DNA of 64,000 nt from Candidatus Parcubacteria bacterium (GTDB taxonomy: Bacteria; Patescibacteriota; Minisyncoccia; Phycocordibacterales; JAACPR01), in assembly GCA_039805545.1 (NCBI GenBank), contig JBDLUA010000007.1, forward strand, positions 1,252-65,251, written 5' to 3'. The notes below the pieces were generated by a model. The model saw nothing but the letters and a program-made list of their open reading frames with translations. It had not been told where the DNA came from and searched no databases. This document shows, in pieces, positions 1-9,745 of this stretch; positions within the stretch are counted from its first letter, which is position 1, and each line of letters opens with the position of its first letter. The position numbers and the translations under genes are program-made.

Positions 1-1605
1 CATGAAGAAGAGGCAAAGTTTAGTAAAATGCTCGCAACAATTCAAACTGATGTTCCCGTTGAGTTTGATTTAGAAAAAAGTTGGAAAGAGGGTGTTGATG
101 TTGCACGGGTTCAAAAATTGTTTGCAGACCTTGAATTTAGAAGTTTACAAAACAAAGTAAAAGAAATTTTTGGTGGAGATGAAGAGGAAGTTATTCATGA
201 AGAAATAGATCAAAATGTGTTAGAAGAAGCGTCTGTCGCACTTTGGGTTCTCAGGTCTTCACTTACAAATCCTACATATCAAGACATTCTTTCTTTTACA
301 AAAAAGAATACTCTTAAAGACGCATACGAATATATTTTGGAAAGATTAAAGCAAGAAGGTTCAGAAAAGGTATTTTTTGAAATAGAAAAACCTCTCATTC
401 CAATTACAAAAGAAATGTCTGCAAACGGGATAATGCTTGATATTGATTTACTTGAAGAAATTTCAAAAGAATATCATGCAAAAGTTGAAGAAATTTCAAA
501 AAAGATTTTTGAATATGCCGGAGAAGAATTTAATATAAGTTCTCCAAAACAAATGGCAGATATTCTCTTTAATAAAATGAACCTTTCATACAAAGGAATG
601 AGAAAAGGGAAGAGTGGATCTTTTTCTACAAAAGAAGAAGTCCTTCAAAAACTTTTTGACGAGCACCCAATTATCGAAGAGATTTTGAAATATCGAGAAC
701 TTACAAAACTACTTGGAACATACATCGACACTTTCCCAGCAATGATTGGGCTCGATGGACGACTTCGAACAACATTCCTTCAGGCAGGATCAGCAACAGG
801 AAGAATGGCTTCACAAGAACCTGGTCTACAAAACATTCCTGTTAAGAGCGAATTAGGAAGAAGAATTCGAGATGCCTTTGTAGTAAAAAGTAGGTGTAAG
901 TTTGTGTCAGTTGATTATTCACAAATTGAACTTCGACTTGCTGCAATGATGTCTGGAGACGAAAAACTTATTGAAATCTTTAAGAACGGAGAAGATGTTC
1001 ATTCTGGGGTTGCATCATACATGTTTGGAATTCCACAAGATCAAATAACCAAAGAACAACGAAACAAGGCGAAAGTAATTAACTTTGGAATTTTATATGG
1101 AATGGGTGTGAGTGCACTTCAAAAGAATTTGAAGGTTGATAGAAAAGAAGCACAAGAATTTTATAATACATATTTTGAAAAATTTTCCGGACTTGCTCAA
1201 TATCTTGAAGATACAAAAGAGTTTGCAAAGCGAACAGGATATACAAAAACAATGTATGGAAGAAAAAGATTCTTTGATGGAATTCAATCCAAACTTCCAT
1301 TCATAAGAGCACAAGCAGAACGAATGGCAATCAATGCTCCGATTCAGGGAACCGAGGCTGACATTGTAAAACTTGCAATGATTAAAGTTGATGAATTTTT
1401 GACAAAAGAAAAAATGAAAGACAAGATTAAGCTTGTTCTTCAAATTCATGATGAAATTATTTTTGAAGTAGAGGATGAATGTGTTGAATTTGCCCAAACA
1501 CACATTCCTAAAATTATGGAAAAAATTATGGACGATATGGATACGAAAGGGGTTCCGGTTTTGACTGATTGTGAAGTTGGTGTATCTTGGGGAAAGTTAA
1601 AATAG
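1..1605 (+). CDS. polA: DNA polymerase I (family A) polymerase domain, 5'-truncated at window edge
   Basis: Frame is open back to nt 1. Motifs DYSQIELR, finger-helix KAKVINFGILYGMG, and HDEIIFEV identify the Pol A palm/fingers. Confidence 0.9.
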   Translation, partial: HEEEAKFSKMLATIQTDVPVEFDLEKSWKEGVDVARVQKLFADLEFRSLQNKVKEIFGGDEEEVIHEEIDQNVLEEASVALWVLRSSLTNPTYQDILSFTKKNTLKDAYEYILERLKQEGSEKVFFEIEKPLIPITKEMSANGIMLDIDLLEEISKEYHAKVEEISKKIFEYAGEEFNISSPKQMADILFNKMNLSYKGMRKGKSGSFSTKEEVLQKLFDEHPIIEEILKYRELTKLLGTYIDTFPAMIGLDGRLRTTFLQAGSATGRMASQEPGLQNIPVKSELGRRIRDAFVVKSRCKFVSVDYSQIELRLAAMMSGDEKLIEIFKNGEDVHSGVASYMFGIPQDQITKEQRNKAKVINFGILYGMGVSALQKNLKVDRKEAQEFYNTYFEKFSGLAQYLEDTKEFAKRTGYTKTMYGRKRFFDGIQSKLPFIRAQAERMAINAPIQGTEADIVKLAMIKVDEFLTKEKMKDKIKLVLQIHDEIIFEVEDECVEFAQTHIPKIMEKIMDDMDTKGVPVLTDCEVGVSWGKLK

Positions 1606-1606
1606 T

Positions 1607-2317
1607 ATGTTGTATCTTTTTTACGGAACAGACAAAAACAAAGCGCTTGAGAGTGCTTTGAATGTTATTAAAAAGAAGGTTGCAGAAAAACCTGATGCGG
1701 TTGTTTTTAAAATTGATCAGACAAATCTTTCTCAAAATGTATTGGTTGAAATGTGTGGAGGGCGAGGACTGTTTGAACAAAAATATCTGGTGCATGTCAA
1801 AGATGTTTGTGATGAAGTTGAATCTCAAGAAATACTCTTTGCTTTTTTGAAAGACATGCAAGCATCAGATAATGTATTCATTTTAACTGAGGGTGATTTG
1901 AATAAAAAAGAATTAACAAAGATTGAGAAGTGTGCAGAGAAGGTGTGGAATTATGAGGAGAAAAAAAAGATAGAGAGTAAGGAAAATATTTTTACAATTA
2001 CTAACTACCTTCTTGCTCGAGATAAAAAGAATCTTTGGATTGAATTTCAGAAATTAAAAAACAGTTTTGCAGTTGAGGAGATACACGGAACATTGTTTTG
2101 GTGTTTCAAAAATATTGTACTTGTAGCAAATTCAAAATCTGCTTCAGAGACAGGGCTCAAACCTTTTGTCTATTCAAATACCAAGAAGGCTCTCGAAAAA
2201 TATTCTAAAGAAGAAATTGAAAATAAATTTTGGCAGCTTACAAAAATTCTTGGAGATTCGCGGAGGGGAGAGGGGGAACTGGAGGTGTTGCTTGAAGGGT
2301 GGGTGTTGGGGTTATAA
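1607..2317 (+). CDS. DNA polymerase III delta subunit-like (HolA-like), short form
   Basis: N-terminus LYLFYGTD resembles the HolA start. It lies immediately downstream of polA. At 236 aa it is shorter than canonical HolA. Confidence 0.45.
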   Translation: MLYLFYGTDKNKALESALNVIKKKVAEKPDAVVFKIDQTNLSQNVLVEMCGGRGLFEQKYLVHVKDVCDEVESQEILFAFLKDMQASDNVFILTEGDLNKKELTKIEKCAEKVWNYEEKKKIESKENIFTITNYLLARDKKNLWIEFQKLKNSFAVEEIHGTLFWCFKNIVLVANSKSASETGLKPFVYSNTKKALEKYSKEEIENKFWQLTKILGDSRRGEGELEVLLEGWVLGL

Positions 2318-2365
2318 AAAATAAAATCGGTCTGGTCAATTTTGACCAGACCGATTTTATGTATG

Positions 2366-2438
2366 TGCGCCAGGAAGGACTCGAACCTTCGACCCTCTGC
2401 TTAAAAGGCAGGTGCTCTACCACCTGAGCTACTGGCGC
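2366..2438 (-). tRNA. tRNA-Lys (anticodon TTT)
   Basis: The reverse complement folds as a cloverleaf: GCGCCAG acceptor, anticodon loop CTTTTAA, T-loop TTCGAGT, discriminator A. Confidence 0.85.
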
Positions 2439-2481
2439 ATGTAAACATATTTTTATCACGATTAAGAGATTATTTCAAGTT

Positions 2482-2518
2482 TGACGTGGTTTAACCCCGG
2501 CGGGTTTAAACCTCGTCA
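2482..2518. promoter_or_regulatory. GC-rich palindrome TGACGTGGTTTAACCCCGGCGGGTTTAAACCTCGTCA in a divergent 5' region
   Basis: Near-perfect inverted repeat seen directly in the sequence. Related palindromes occur at 29822 and 62178. Confidence 0.4.
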
Positions 2519-2555
2519 TTTTCTTTATAAAGAATTTAGGTTAGTATCCAAGATA

Positions 2556-3044
2556 ATGAAATCAGATGAAACTAAAAAAGAGGTAGTGGTTGCGCTCGAC
2601 AATGTTCGGAGTGTTCATAATGTTGGAGCGATATTTCGAACATCAGATGCTCTTGGTATAGATAAAATTTTTCTTTGTGGAATTACTCCAACACCCATTG
2701 ACCGGTTTGGAAGAGAACGAAGTGATTTGCACAAGAGTGCACTTGGAGCAGAAAAGTCTGTTTCATGGGAACATCACTCTTCTACACTTTTGTGTGTTGA
2801 ACAATTAAAAAAAGAAGGTTACACAGTTGTCTGTATAGAACAATCAAAAAACTCTGTTGATTACAAAACTGTTACTCTAAAAAATAAAACATGTTTTGTG
2901 TTTGGAAATGAGATTGAGGGAATTTCAAAAGACATACTTGAACAGGCAGATCAAATCGCTGAGATACAAATGATGGGAGAGAAGGAGTCACTCAATGTGT
3001 CTGTGACTTTTGGAATAATGATGTTTCGGATGTTGGATAGGTAG
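2556..3044 (+). CDS. SpoU/TrmH family RNA 2'-O-methyltransferase
   Basis: NVGAIFRTSDALG and QMMGEKESLNVSV motifs match SpoU methylases. The ORF-track start at 2481 lies inside the palindrome, so the real start is probably the ATG at 2556. Confidence 0.75.
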   Translation: MKSDETKKEVVVALDNVRSVHNVGAIFRTSDALGIDKIFLCGITPTPIDRFGRERSDLHKSALGAEKSVSWEHHSSTLLCVEQLKKEGYTVVCIEQSKNSVDYKTVTLKNKTCFVFGNEIEGISKDILEQADQIAEIQMMGEKESLNVSVTFGIMMFRMLDR

Positions 3045-3060
3045 TGTTACTAGTTCATTA

Positions 3061-3190
3061 TTAGCACGTCATCCTCGTGTATACGAGGATCCAGGATCAC
3101 TGTAAGTGGCAGTAAGATACTATCTAAACCATTTCTTTATATATTTTATTTCGTACCTGGATCCCCGCCTCCGCGGGGATGACGTACTAA
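3061..3190. repeat. MITE-like GC-rich double-hairpin repeat, copy 1
   Basis: Ends are TTAGCACGTCATCC and GGATGACGTACTAA. The arms are hairpins: GTCATCCTCGtgtataCGAGGATCCAGG and CCTGGATCCCCGCCtcCGCGGGGATGACG. Confidence 0.6.
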
Positions 3191-3212
3191 TAGTATGTTT
3201 CGAAATAGTAAA

Positions 3213-4118
3213 CTATTTCTGGCATACATTACAGTAATGAGCACCTCTCGCATTAAGAATAGTTCGTTGAATTGTTCCATTACAACCCTTTCTTTTGCAT
3301 TTCTGATTAGTTCGTCTATATACATTGTGGTGAAGTTGAAACTCTCCTGGTAGTCCGTCTGGGTTTCGGTAATCAGACATAGAATCACCTCCAAAATTAA
3401 TTCCTTTCGACAAGAGTTCCTTTGTGTGTTTTGTGAGAAGTCTGTATTCGCCATCAGTGATTGACCCAACAAGTCGAAGAGGATTAATTTTTGATGTCCA
3501 GAGTATTTCGTCAGAGTAGATGTTTCCAATTCCGACAACCAGATTTTGATTCATGAGAATCGTTTTTATTTTTTGTTTTGGATATTTTGATAAACAAATT
3601 TTATATGTTTTCCAATCAAAACTTTTTTCGAGTGGTTCCACTCCAAACGAACTAAGTTTATTTTTTAATATGCTTTCATTTTGAAAAAGAGAGACTGTCG
3701 CAAACTTTCTCATATCAGACATTGCAAGATGTGTTCCATCAGAGAAGGTGAGTACAAAGTGAATAAATTGATTAAAGGTGTCTTGGAGTGGACCTAGTTC
3801 GTTCGCCTTCCAAATATTTTTGTTTTTGTTGTGTACATATGTTCCACAAAGAAGGTGTCCTGTCATCTTCATGTGAATTAAAATTATCTTTCCAGATGAG
3901 AGATAGATTAAAATATTTTTTGCTCGACGAACTACTTTGAGAATTTTGTTTCCTATAATTTCTTTTTTAAATTTTTTAAAATAAGAAATGTCTTTTATGT
4001 TTTCTTTACCGACATAGTGAGGACTATCGTAATCGCTCCAAATATCTTTTATCGTTTTGTTACGAATTTTTTTGTGTAACATCGTTACTGTTGTGTGGAC
4101 TTCTGGTAGTTCGGGCAT
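3213..4118 (-). CDS. mutM: Formamidopyrimidine-DNA glycosylase (Fpg/MutM)
   Basis: N-terminal MPELPEV (catalytic Pro2/Glu3) and a C-terminal zinc finger CKRKGCNG...CNVC. Confidence 0.85.
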   Translation of the reverse strand: MPELPEVHTTVTMLHKKIRNKTIKDIWSDYDSPHYVGKENIKDISYFKKFKKEIIGNKILKVVRRAKNILIYLSSGKIILIHMKMTGHLLCGTYVHNKNKNIWKANELGPLQDTFNQFIHFVLTFSDGTHLAMSDMRKFATVSLFQNESILKNKLSSFGVEPLEKSFDWKTYKICLSKYPKQKIKTILMNQNLVVGIGNIYSDEILWTSKINPLRLVGSITDGEYRLLTKHTKELLSKGINFGGDSMSDYRNPDGLPGEFQLHHNVYRRTNQKCKRKGCNGTIQRTILNARGAHYCNVCQK

Positions 4119-4140
4119 AATGTTGTGATATTATATTTTT

Positions 4141-5250
4141 GTGAAACAAAATGCAAAGACTATATTTTTTTTAGGTTTACTTTCTATCATCATTGTTGTT
4201 TGTTTTCCTGTAATCAAAACACAAAAAACAGGAGGTGAAGCTGCGGTACGAGAATTTGCCTCTCTCACTAATATTTTAGAAAAAAGAAAAAATTATTTTA
4301 ATATTCCTCAAGATCGCACAGCAGATCGTCTGGTAAACATTTTGATTGTTCCGGGGCATGATGACGAACATTGGGGTGCACAGTTTAAAAAAACAAAAGA
4401 GGTTGAACTCAACCGGATTGTTGCACAAAAACTGTTTGACTATCTTTCGCGTGAAGAGGGAATCAACCCTGTCTTAGCAAGTGATACTAAGGGATATAAT
4501 CCAATTTTTGAAAATTACTTTAATCGAGAAAAAAGTGCTATTGAAGAATTCATTAAATCTTCAAAGGAGAATTTTTCAGAAAAAATTAACGAAGAAGATT
4601 TCAAAGATGTTGAAAAAAATTTTCATAATGTTGCCCCTGATGATGTTATCTATCGTCTATATGGAATCAATCAATGGGTCAATAATCAAAAATTTGATCT
4701 CGTTATTCATGTGCACTTTAATGATTACGCAGGAAGAAAATCTACTAAGGCAGGGAAGTATGATGGGTTTTCAATTTATACTCCTGGAAAACTTTTTTCA
4801 AATTATGATGTGAGCAGAAAATTGGCTGATAATGTTTTTAATGAATTAAAAAAAGTTCGACCTGTAAGCAGTCTGGAAGAGGAACAGATCGGAGTTATAG
4901 AAGACCATGAACTTATTGCACTTGGCGCAAATGAGAGTTTGGATGCGGGTTCAATTTTGATTGAGTACGGGTATATTTATGAACCTCTCTTTCTTGATAC
5001 GAAACTTCGAGACATTGCACTTGATTATTTTGCATACGCAACTTATTCAGGGATTAAAAAAATGTTAAACGAAAATCCTGCTTCTAAAGAAATTCAAAAT
5101 GTTCAAGTTTCAAAAAATAAAACCACTCAAGCAAATCTGATTTGGCAATTTAATCATGGACTTGAAGGGGCATATCCACCAAAAAATAAAACATTAAGAG
5201 ACTGTCCGATACTTGGGTATTTTGGAAAATGTAGTCAGATGGTTAAATAA
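4141..5250 (+). CDS. Membrane-anchored cell-wall amidase-like protein (Amidase_3-like fold?)
   Basis: N-terminal TM helix. PGHDDEHWGAQ and LVIHVHFNDYAG blocks resemble MurNAc-L-Ala amidase metal-site motifs. The match is weak. Confidence 0.4.
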   Translation: MKQNAKTIFFLGLLSIIIVVCFPVIKTQKTGGEAAVREFASLTNILEKRKNYFNIPQDRTADRLVNILIVPGHDDEHWGAQFKKTKEVELNRIVAQKLFDYLSREEGINPVLASDTKGYNPIFENYFNREKSAIEEFIKSSKENFSEKINEEDFKDVEKNFHNVAPDDVIYRLYGINQWVNNQKFDLVIHVHFNDYAGRKSTKAGKYDGFSIYTPGKLFSNYDVSRKLADNVFNELKKVRPVSSLEEEQIGVIEDHELIALGANESLDAGSILIEYGYIYEPLFLDTKLRDIALDYFAYATYSGIKKMLNENPASKEIQNVQVSKNKTTQANLIWQFNHGLEGAYPPKNKTLRDCPILGYFGKCSQMVK

Positions 5251-5285
5251 AAAAGGCGGCCCCGCAGGGGCCGCCATTTTTTATT
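5251..5285. terminator. Bidirectional intrinsic terminator GGCGGCCCCgcaGGGGCCGCC + T-tract
   Basis: Perfect GC hairpin flanked by A-run and T-run, between convergent genes. Confidence 0.7.
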
Positions 5286-6529
5286 TATATTTCTTTTAAC
5301 ACCTCTTGCACCTTCTCAAAATCACTCCAAGGCTCTTTGGTTCCATTTGCTCGCATTATATACGGGTCGGTTCCTTTCCCTGTGATAAGAACTACATCCC
5401 CGGGTTTTGCTTTTTGAATCGCTTTTTTGATTGCAGATTTTCTGTCCATATCTATTTCTAATTTTGCAGGGTCGATAGAATTTTTCATCTCGTTTACAAT
5501 TTTGAGAGGATCTTCATCGTAAGGATCTTCATCTGTTAAAAATACAAAGTCACAATATTGATTTGCTATCTCTGCCATCTTTGGTCGTTTCCAAGTATCT
5601 CGTCCACCACCAGTATTCCCAAGCACACATATTTTTCTTTTGTCTTTGAATGCAGAGTAGATTGCTTCAAGAGAATCTGGTGTATGAGCATAATCAACCA
5701 CAATACTTATCCCAAGATTATTAGGAACAAACTGTGCCCGACCTTTTACTTCTTCAAGTCGTGCAACACCTGCAATGATTTTTGAGTCTTCTATGTCAAA
5801 ACATTTTGCTGCATGATATGCTCCAAGAATATTTCGGATGTTGAATTCCCCTACAAGAGGAGATGAAAATGTTGAATTATTGTATTCAAACACAATAGGG
5901 GATGTTTGAACTATGTGTGCGTTAGAAAGGGAGAAAGAAACAGTCTTTCTATTTTTATTTCTTAAGATAAATTCATTTGAGTATTCATTATCTTTGTTTG
6001 TCACAAGCACTCCGTTTTTCTTTTTTAAATTATCTACAATTTTAAGTTTTGCTTCTTTGTATTTTTCAAAAGAGCCATGAGATTCTATATGTTCTGGAGA
6101 AAGGTTTGTAAAAACAAGTGTGTCTAGATAAATAAATTTATGTCGGAATTGTTTTGAGCCTTCAGATGTAATCTCAAGAATAACAATGTCACATTTTGCT
6201 TTTACTGCATCATATATAAACTTCTGCATAAAGAATCTTCCAGGCATAGACATTTTGTACTTGTTTGGCCGTTCTTGATCGCCAATCTTAAATCTAATTG
6301 TTCCTGCCATAGCAGTTTTGTATCCCGCTGTTTCAAAAATTGAGTTCAAAATTTCTACAGTAGAAGATTTTCCTTTTGTTCCTGTTACTCCAATTATTTT
6401 AATTTTTCGAGCAGGGAAGCCATATCGAATTGCCCCTGTGAGAGTAAGTGTGTAGTGATATATTGGTTGTCCAAGTTTATAAATTTTCTTTGGGATTAAT
6501 TTTTCTATTGTTCGTAGTATTTTGTCCAT
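5285..6529 (-). CDS. Mur ligase family protein (MurE-like, lacking the N-terminal domain)
   Basis: P-loop GVTGTKGKSST, DYAHTPDSLEA, GNTGGGRDTWKRP and C-terminal LITGKGTDPY are Mur ligase hallmarks. Confidence 0.55.
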   Translation of the reverse strand: MDKILRTIEKLIPKKIYKLGQPIYHYTLTLTGAIRYGFPARKIKIIGVTGTKGKSSTVEILNSIFETAGYKTAMAGTIRFKIGDQERPNKYKMSMPGRFFMQKFIYDAVKAKCDIVILEITSEGSKQFRHKFIYLDTLVFTNLSPEHIESHGSFEKYKEAKLKIVDNLKKKNGVLVTNKDNEYSNEFILRNKNRKTVSFSLSNAHIVQTSPIVFEYNNSTFSSPLVGEFNIRNILGAYHAAKCFDIEDSKIIAGVARLEEVKGRAQFVPNNLGISIVVDYAHTPDSLEAIYSAFKDKRKICVLGNTGGGRDTWKRPKMAEIANQYCDFVFLTDEDPYDEDPLKIVNEMKNSIDPAKLEIDMDRKSAIKKAIQKAKPGDVVLITGKGTDPYIMRANGTKEPWSDFEKVQEVLKEI

Positions 6530-6571
6530 GTCTTTTTGTGTGTATTATCTTGGGTTTGACCAAGGATTTCG

Positions 6572-7129
6572 TTATCTTGCTAAAATTTTTAATGCTTCTT
6601 TGATAATTTCATTTGAATTAAGTTCGTGCGAAAGTCCTGTTATTGCATCTCGAGCATCTTTTTTGGAATAGCCGAGAGCAATAAGTGCCTCCAAGGCATC
6701 TTGTTTATCTGTATTTGATTCAGTTTGGATGTGCTCAACTTTATCTTTGAGCGCTACAATAATTTTTTCGGCAGTCTTTAGCCCAATTCCTGTGAGCTTT
6801 TTAAAGTATTCTGCATCTCGCGAACCGATTCCTTCGAGAATAGTTTTTGGATTAGAAGAGTTGAGTATTGAGATTGCTGATTTTGGACCCACTCCATTTA
6901 CTTGTAATAAGAGTTCAAAAATTTCTTTCTCATCTACATATAAGAATCCATATAGTGTATGTGAATTTTCTTTTATATCTAAATGGGTGAGGAGTGTAAT
7001 TTCTTGTCCATGTCTAAGTGTTGAACATGTATACTGTGTTGCAATCGCTTTATATACCACTCCTTGTACATCAAGAAGTACTCCATCAATAACTATCTCA
7101 TCTACTATACCTTTAATTTTGACTATCAT
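6572..7129 (-). CDS. ruvA: Holliday junction branch-migration protein RuvA
   Basis: MIVKIKG start, HhH motifs LLQVNGVGPKSA and LTGIGLKTAEKI, and the C-terminal RuvB-binding domain. Confidence 0.85.
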   Translation of the reverse strand: MIVKIKGIVDEIVIDGVLLDVQGVVYKAIATQYTCSTLRHGQEITLLTHLDIKENSHTLYGFLYVDEKEIFELLLQVNGVGPKSAISILNSSNPKTILEGIGSRDAEYFKKLTGIGLKTAEKIIVALKDKVEHIQTESNTDKQDALEALIALGYSKKDARDAITGLSHELNSNEIIKEALKILAR

Positions 7130-7220
7130 GTCTTATATACTACCAGACTTTTCTTTGAAATAAATTGGAACATAAGAGAGGGGTTGCTTTTTTATATAAA
7201 ACTGGTACATTATTGGAACT

Positions 7221-7490
7221 ATGCCAATTACAAAAGGAGCAAAAAAAGCATTACGAGCATCTGACCGAAAGGCAGTTTTCAATCTACGACGAAAGCGAGT
7301 TATGAAGTCAGAAGTTAAGAATATTCGAGATCTTATCAAAGAAGGTAAAGTAGAAGAGGCTAAGAAGTCACTTCCTGCTGCATACAAGTCTCTTGATAAG
7401 GCTGCAAAGATGAATACTATTACAAAGAATCACGCTTCTCGAAAAAAATCAAGACTCGCTCAAGCTATCAAAAAAGCTTCAACAAAATAA
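7221..7490 (+). CDS. rpsT: 30S ribosomal protein S20
   Basis: 89-aa basic protein with the S20 pattern (KKALRASDRK...HASRKKSRL). Confidence 0.9.
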   Translation: MPITKGAKKALRASDRKAVFNLRRKRVMKSEVKNIRDLIKEGKVEEAKKSLPAAYKSLDKAAKMNTITKNHASRKKSRLAQAIKKASTK

Positions 7491-7500
7491 ATATAAAGAA

Positions 7501-7528
7501 AAAGGTCGCCCGAAGGGCGCCTTTTTCT
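7501..7528. terminator. Intrinsic terminator GGTCGCCCgaaGGGCGCC + T-tract
   Basis: GC hairpin plus TTTTTC, immediately after rpsT. Confidence 0.7.
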
Positions 7529-7532
7529 TTTG

Positions 7533-7604
7533 TGCTCTCGCCAGGAATCGAACCTGGATTGTAAGTTCCGCAAACTTACGTTCTATCCATTAAACTACGA
7601 GGGC
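7533..7604 (-). tRNA. tRNA-Arg (anticodon GCG, tentative)
   Basis: The reverse complement gives a cloverleaf with T-loop TTCGATT and anticodon loop TTGCGGA. There is one C-A mismatch in the acceptor stem. Confidence 0.6.
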
Positions 7605-7685
7605 TTATTTGGCCATAATAAGAGATGTGTCCTTTAATTTCAAGATGGTATACAATTAATTTAATTACTAGTTAATCTAAAAGAT

Positions 7686-8117
7686 ATGTCATATGAAGAA
7701 GGAATTTGGGCGAGTTCTGATACAAGCCAGGAACATCAAGAATTTGTTTCAAATATTGAAACTTTGTTAACGCAAGAGGTGGACGAGGGGCGTCTTCCTG
7801 AAGATGCTGCCTTAAAAATTCTTCAACGAGCAGAGGTGTATGAAAGAAAATTTAATTCTAGTGCTGATGCACAAGAACGAGCAAAATATTTTTTTGAATT
7901 TGTTGTAACTCCTGTTATTTTTCATTTAGATAAAATTAAAGAAACTCAAGTAAGTATTGCTGAGATGCAAGGTCTTATTCAATTAGAGAGAGACGCGATT
8001 ACTCAAAGACTTGGCTCAGAAGGAAAATCACTTCTTGAAAACTTGGATGAAGTAGATAAGAGACTAGAAGATTGGGGTGGAGATTTATTGGATGAGTTGA
8101 ATCAAATTGTGGATTAA
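7686..8117 (+). CDS. Hypothetical acidic protein
   Basis: ORF only. No motif recognised. Confidence 0.3.
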   Translation: MSYEEGIWASSDTSQEHQEFVSNIETLLTQEVDEGRLPEDAALKILQRAEVYERKFNSSADAQERAKYFFEFVVTPVIFHLDKIKETQVSIAEMQGLIQLERDAITQRLGSEGKSLLENLDEVDKRLEDWGGDLLDELNQIVD

Positions 8118-8641
8118 AACCCAAAGTATTCCATCAATATTTGATGAAGAGGTTCTTGTAATTCTTCTTCGTCTAAATAATCAAGAAGAAAATCTCGTAT
8201 AAGTTCTGGGTCTGTTTGGGTACTGTCAAAAGGAATGACAATAAGAGGTGAAAGAGGTTTTCTTGATTTGAAAAGTATTTTATCGCTGTATTCTGTGTCT
8301 TCTACCCAAAAAGAATCAAGAAGTGAAAATGGGTAAAGGGTATTGCCTGCCCGTATGCCTTTTCTTGAAATCTCAAATACAAGCAGCTTAGGTTGTCTTG
8401 TTACAAATATAAAAGAAAGGGCTGTAAAAAGAATAATAATTATCGCAAACAAATAATTATGAAAAAAAACAGAAAGAACGACAGTACCAATTGCTATTAT
8501 TCCTACAATCCAAAACCAATCTATAGTTTTTTCTTGATGCACATGTTCATAGTGTTGCCAAGAAATTTTTTCTGGCCTAGATTTATTCATAATGTAATTA
8601 TCATTCGAAAAAACCTTTTTGTCGAGTTGATTTATGGACAT
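8114..8641 (-). CDS. Hypothetical membrane protein (2 TM)
   Basis: Two hydrophobic helices (WFWIVGIIAIGTVVLSVFF and LFAIIIILFTALSFIFV). Confidence 0.35.
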   Translation of the reverse strand: MSINQLDKKVFSNDNYIMNKSRPEKISWQHYEHVHQEKTIDWFWIVGIIAIGTVVLSVFFHNYLFAIIIILFTALSFIFVTRQPKLLVFEISRKGIRAGNTLYPFSLLDSFWVEDTEYSDKILFKSRKPLSPLIVIPFDSTQTDPELIRDFLLDYLDEEELQEPLHQILMEYFGF

Positions 8642-8710
8642 TTTTTAAATAAAAAATAATTGATTGCAAAAAAGCCTTTTTTTGTTATTATCTTTTTACT
8701 GCAACTAATT

Positions 8711-8797
8711 GGAGAGGTGGCAGAGTGGTTGAATGCACCGGTCTTGAAAACCGGAATATCCGAAAGGGTATCGAGGGTTCGAATCCCTCCCTCTCCG
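8711..8797 (+). tRNA. tRNA-Ser (anticodon TGA), type II with long variable arm
   Basis: GGAGAGG acceptor, anticodon loop CTTGAAA, long variable arm, T-loop TTCGAAT. Followed by a terminator hairpin at 8806-8835. Confidence 0.85.
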
Positions 8798-8944
8798 CAA
8801 AAAGAAAAACCGACATATGTCGGTTTTTCTTTTTTGCGGAGAGGAGCAAAGCAAAGCACCTTTCTTTCGTCCTATATAAGCCCTTTATAAACTTTTTCTA
8901 AAATCTTAATTTGCACCATCCTAACCTCTGCTATAATACTTTGT

Positions 8945-9349
8945 ATGGCACTCAAACATCTTGGAATAGACTTTGGTTCAAAACGAATAGGTCTTGCAAT
9001 CAGTGATGACAATGCGTCTGTTGCATTTCCTTATAAAACTGTACTCAACACACCTAAGGCGTTTGATGAAATTCTTGAAATTATAAATTTCGAACATATT
9101 GCAAAGGTAGTTCTCGGTGAATCGAAGGATAAAGATATGAAAGATAATCCAATTATGGAACTTGCACATGCCTTCAAAAAACAATTAGAGGAGAAAGGTG
9201 TTTCTGTTGAGTTGCATAATGAATTTTTTTCTTCTGCTCAAGTACTTTCTACTATGGGTCAAAAAAATGAATCAATTGATGCATCTGCCGCAGCAATTAT
9301 CTTACAGAGTTATCTGGATTTACAGAAAGCAATGGAATCGTTAGTATAG
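8945..9349 (+). CDS. ruvX: YqgF/RuvX Holliday-junction-resolvase-like putative pre-16S rRNA nuclease
   Basis: LGIDFGSKRIGLAISD N-terminal RNase H-fold motif. Confidence 0.8.
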   Translation: MALKHLGIDFGSKRIGLAISDDNASVAFPYKTVLNTPKAFDEILEIINFEHIAKVVLGESKDKDMKDNPIMELAHAFKKQLEEKGVSVELHNEFFSSAQVLSTMGQKNESIDASAAAIILQSYLDLQKAMESLV

Positions 9350-9353
9350 AGGC

Positions 9354-9701
9354 ATGTCAGAAACAGAAAACACAACATATATCGAATACGAAGATTTTAA
9401 AAAGGTACAAATTCAAGTAGGGGAGATTATAGGTGCAGAGCCTGTAGAGGGTTCAGAAAAACTTTTAAAACTAAAAGTAAAGTTTGGTGAAGAAGAACGG
9501 CAAATCCTTTCAGGAATTGCAAAATTTATCTCTCCTGAACAACTCGTTGGAATGAAGGTTCCTTTTGTAACCAACCTTAAACCACGAATGATGATGGGAC
9601 TTGAGAGTAATGGAATGATTCTTGCTGCAATTGATTCTGAACAAAATTTTTCACTCCTTGAAACTGATTCAAAAGTTGCATCTGGTACACATGTTTCTTA
9701 A
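9354..9701 (+). CDS. tRNA-binding domain protein (CsaA/EMAP/Myf-type OB fold)
   Basis: VGEIIGAEPVEGSEKLLKLKVKFGEE...SGIAKF...LVGMKV matches the tRNA-binding OB-fold pattern. Confidence 0.7.
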   Translation: MSETENTTYIEYEDFKKVQIQVGEIIGAEPVEGSEKLLKLKVKFGEEERQILSGIAKFISPEQLVGMKVPFVTNLKPRMMMGLESNGMILAAIDSEQNFSLLETDSKVASGTHVS

Positions 9702-9745
9702 TAAATAATTTTGTTACTCGAACACTCTCTTATATACTATAGGTA

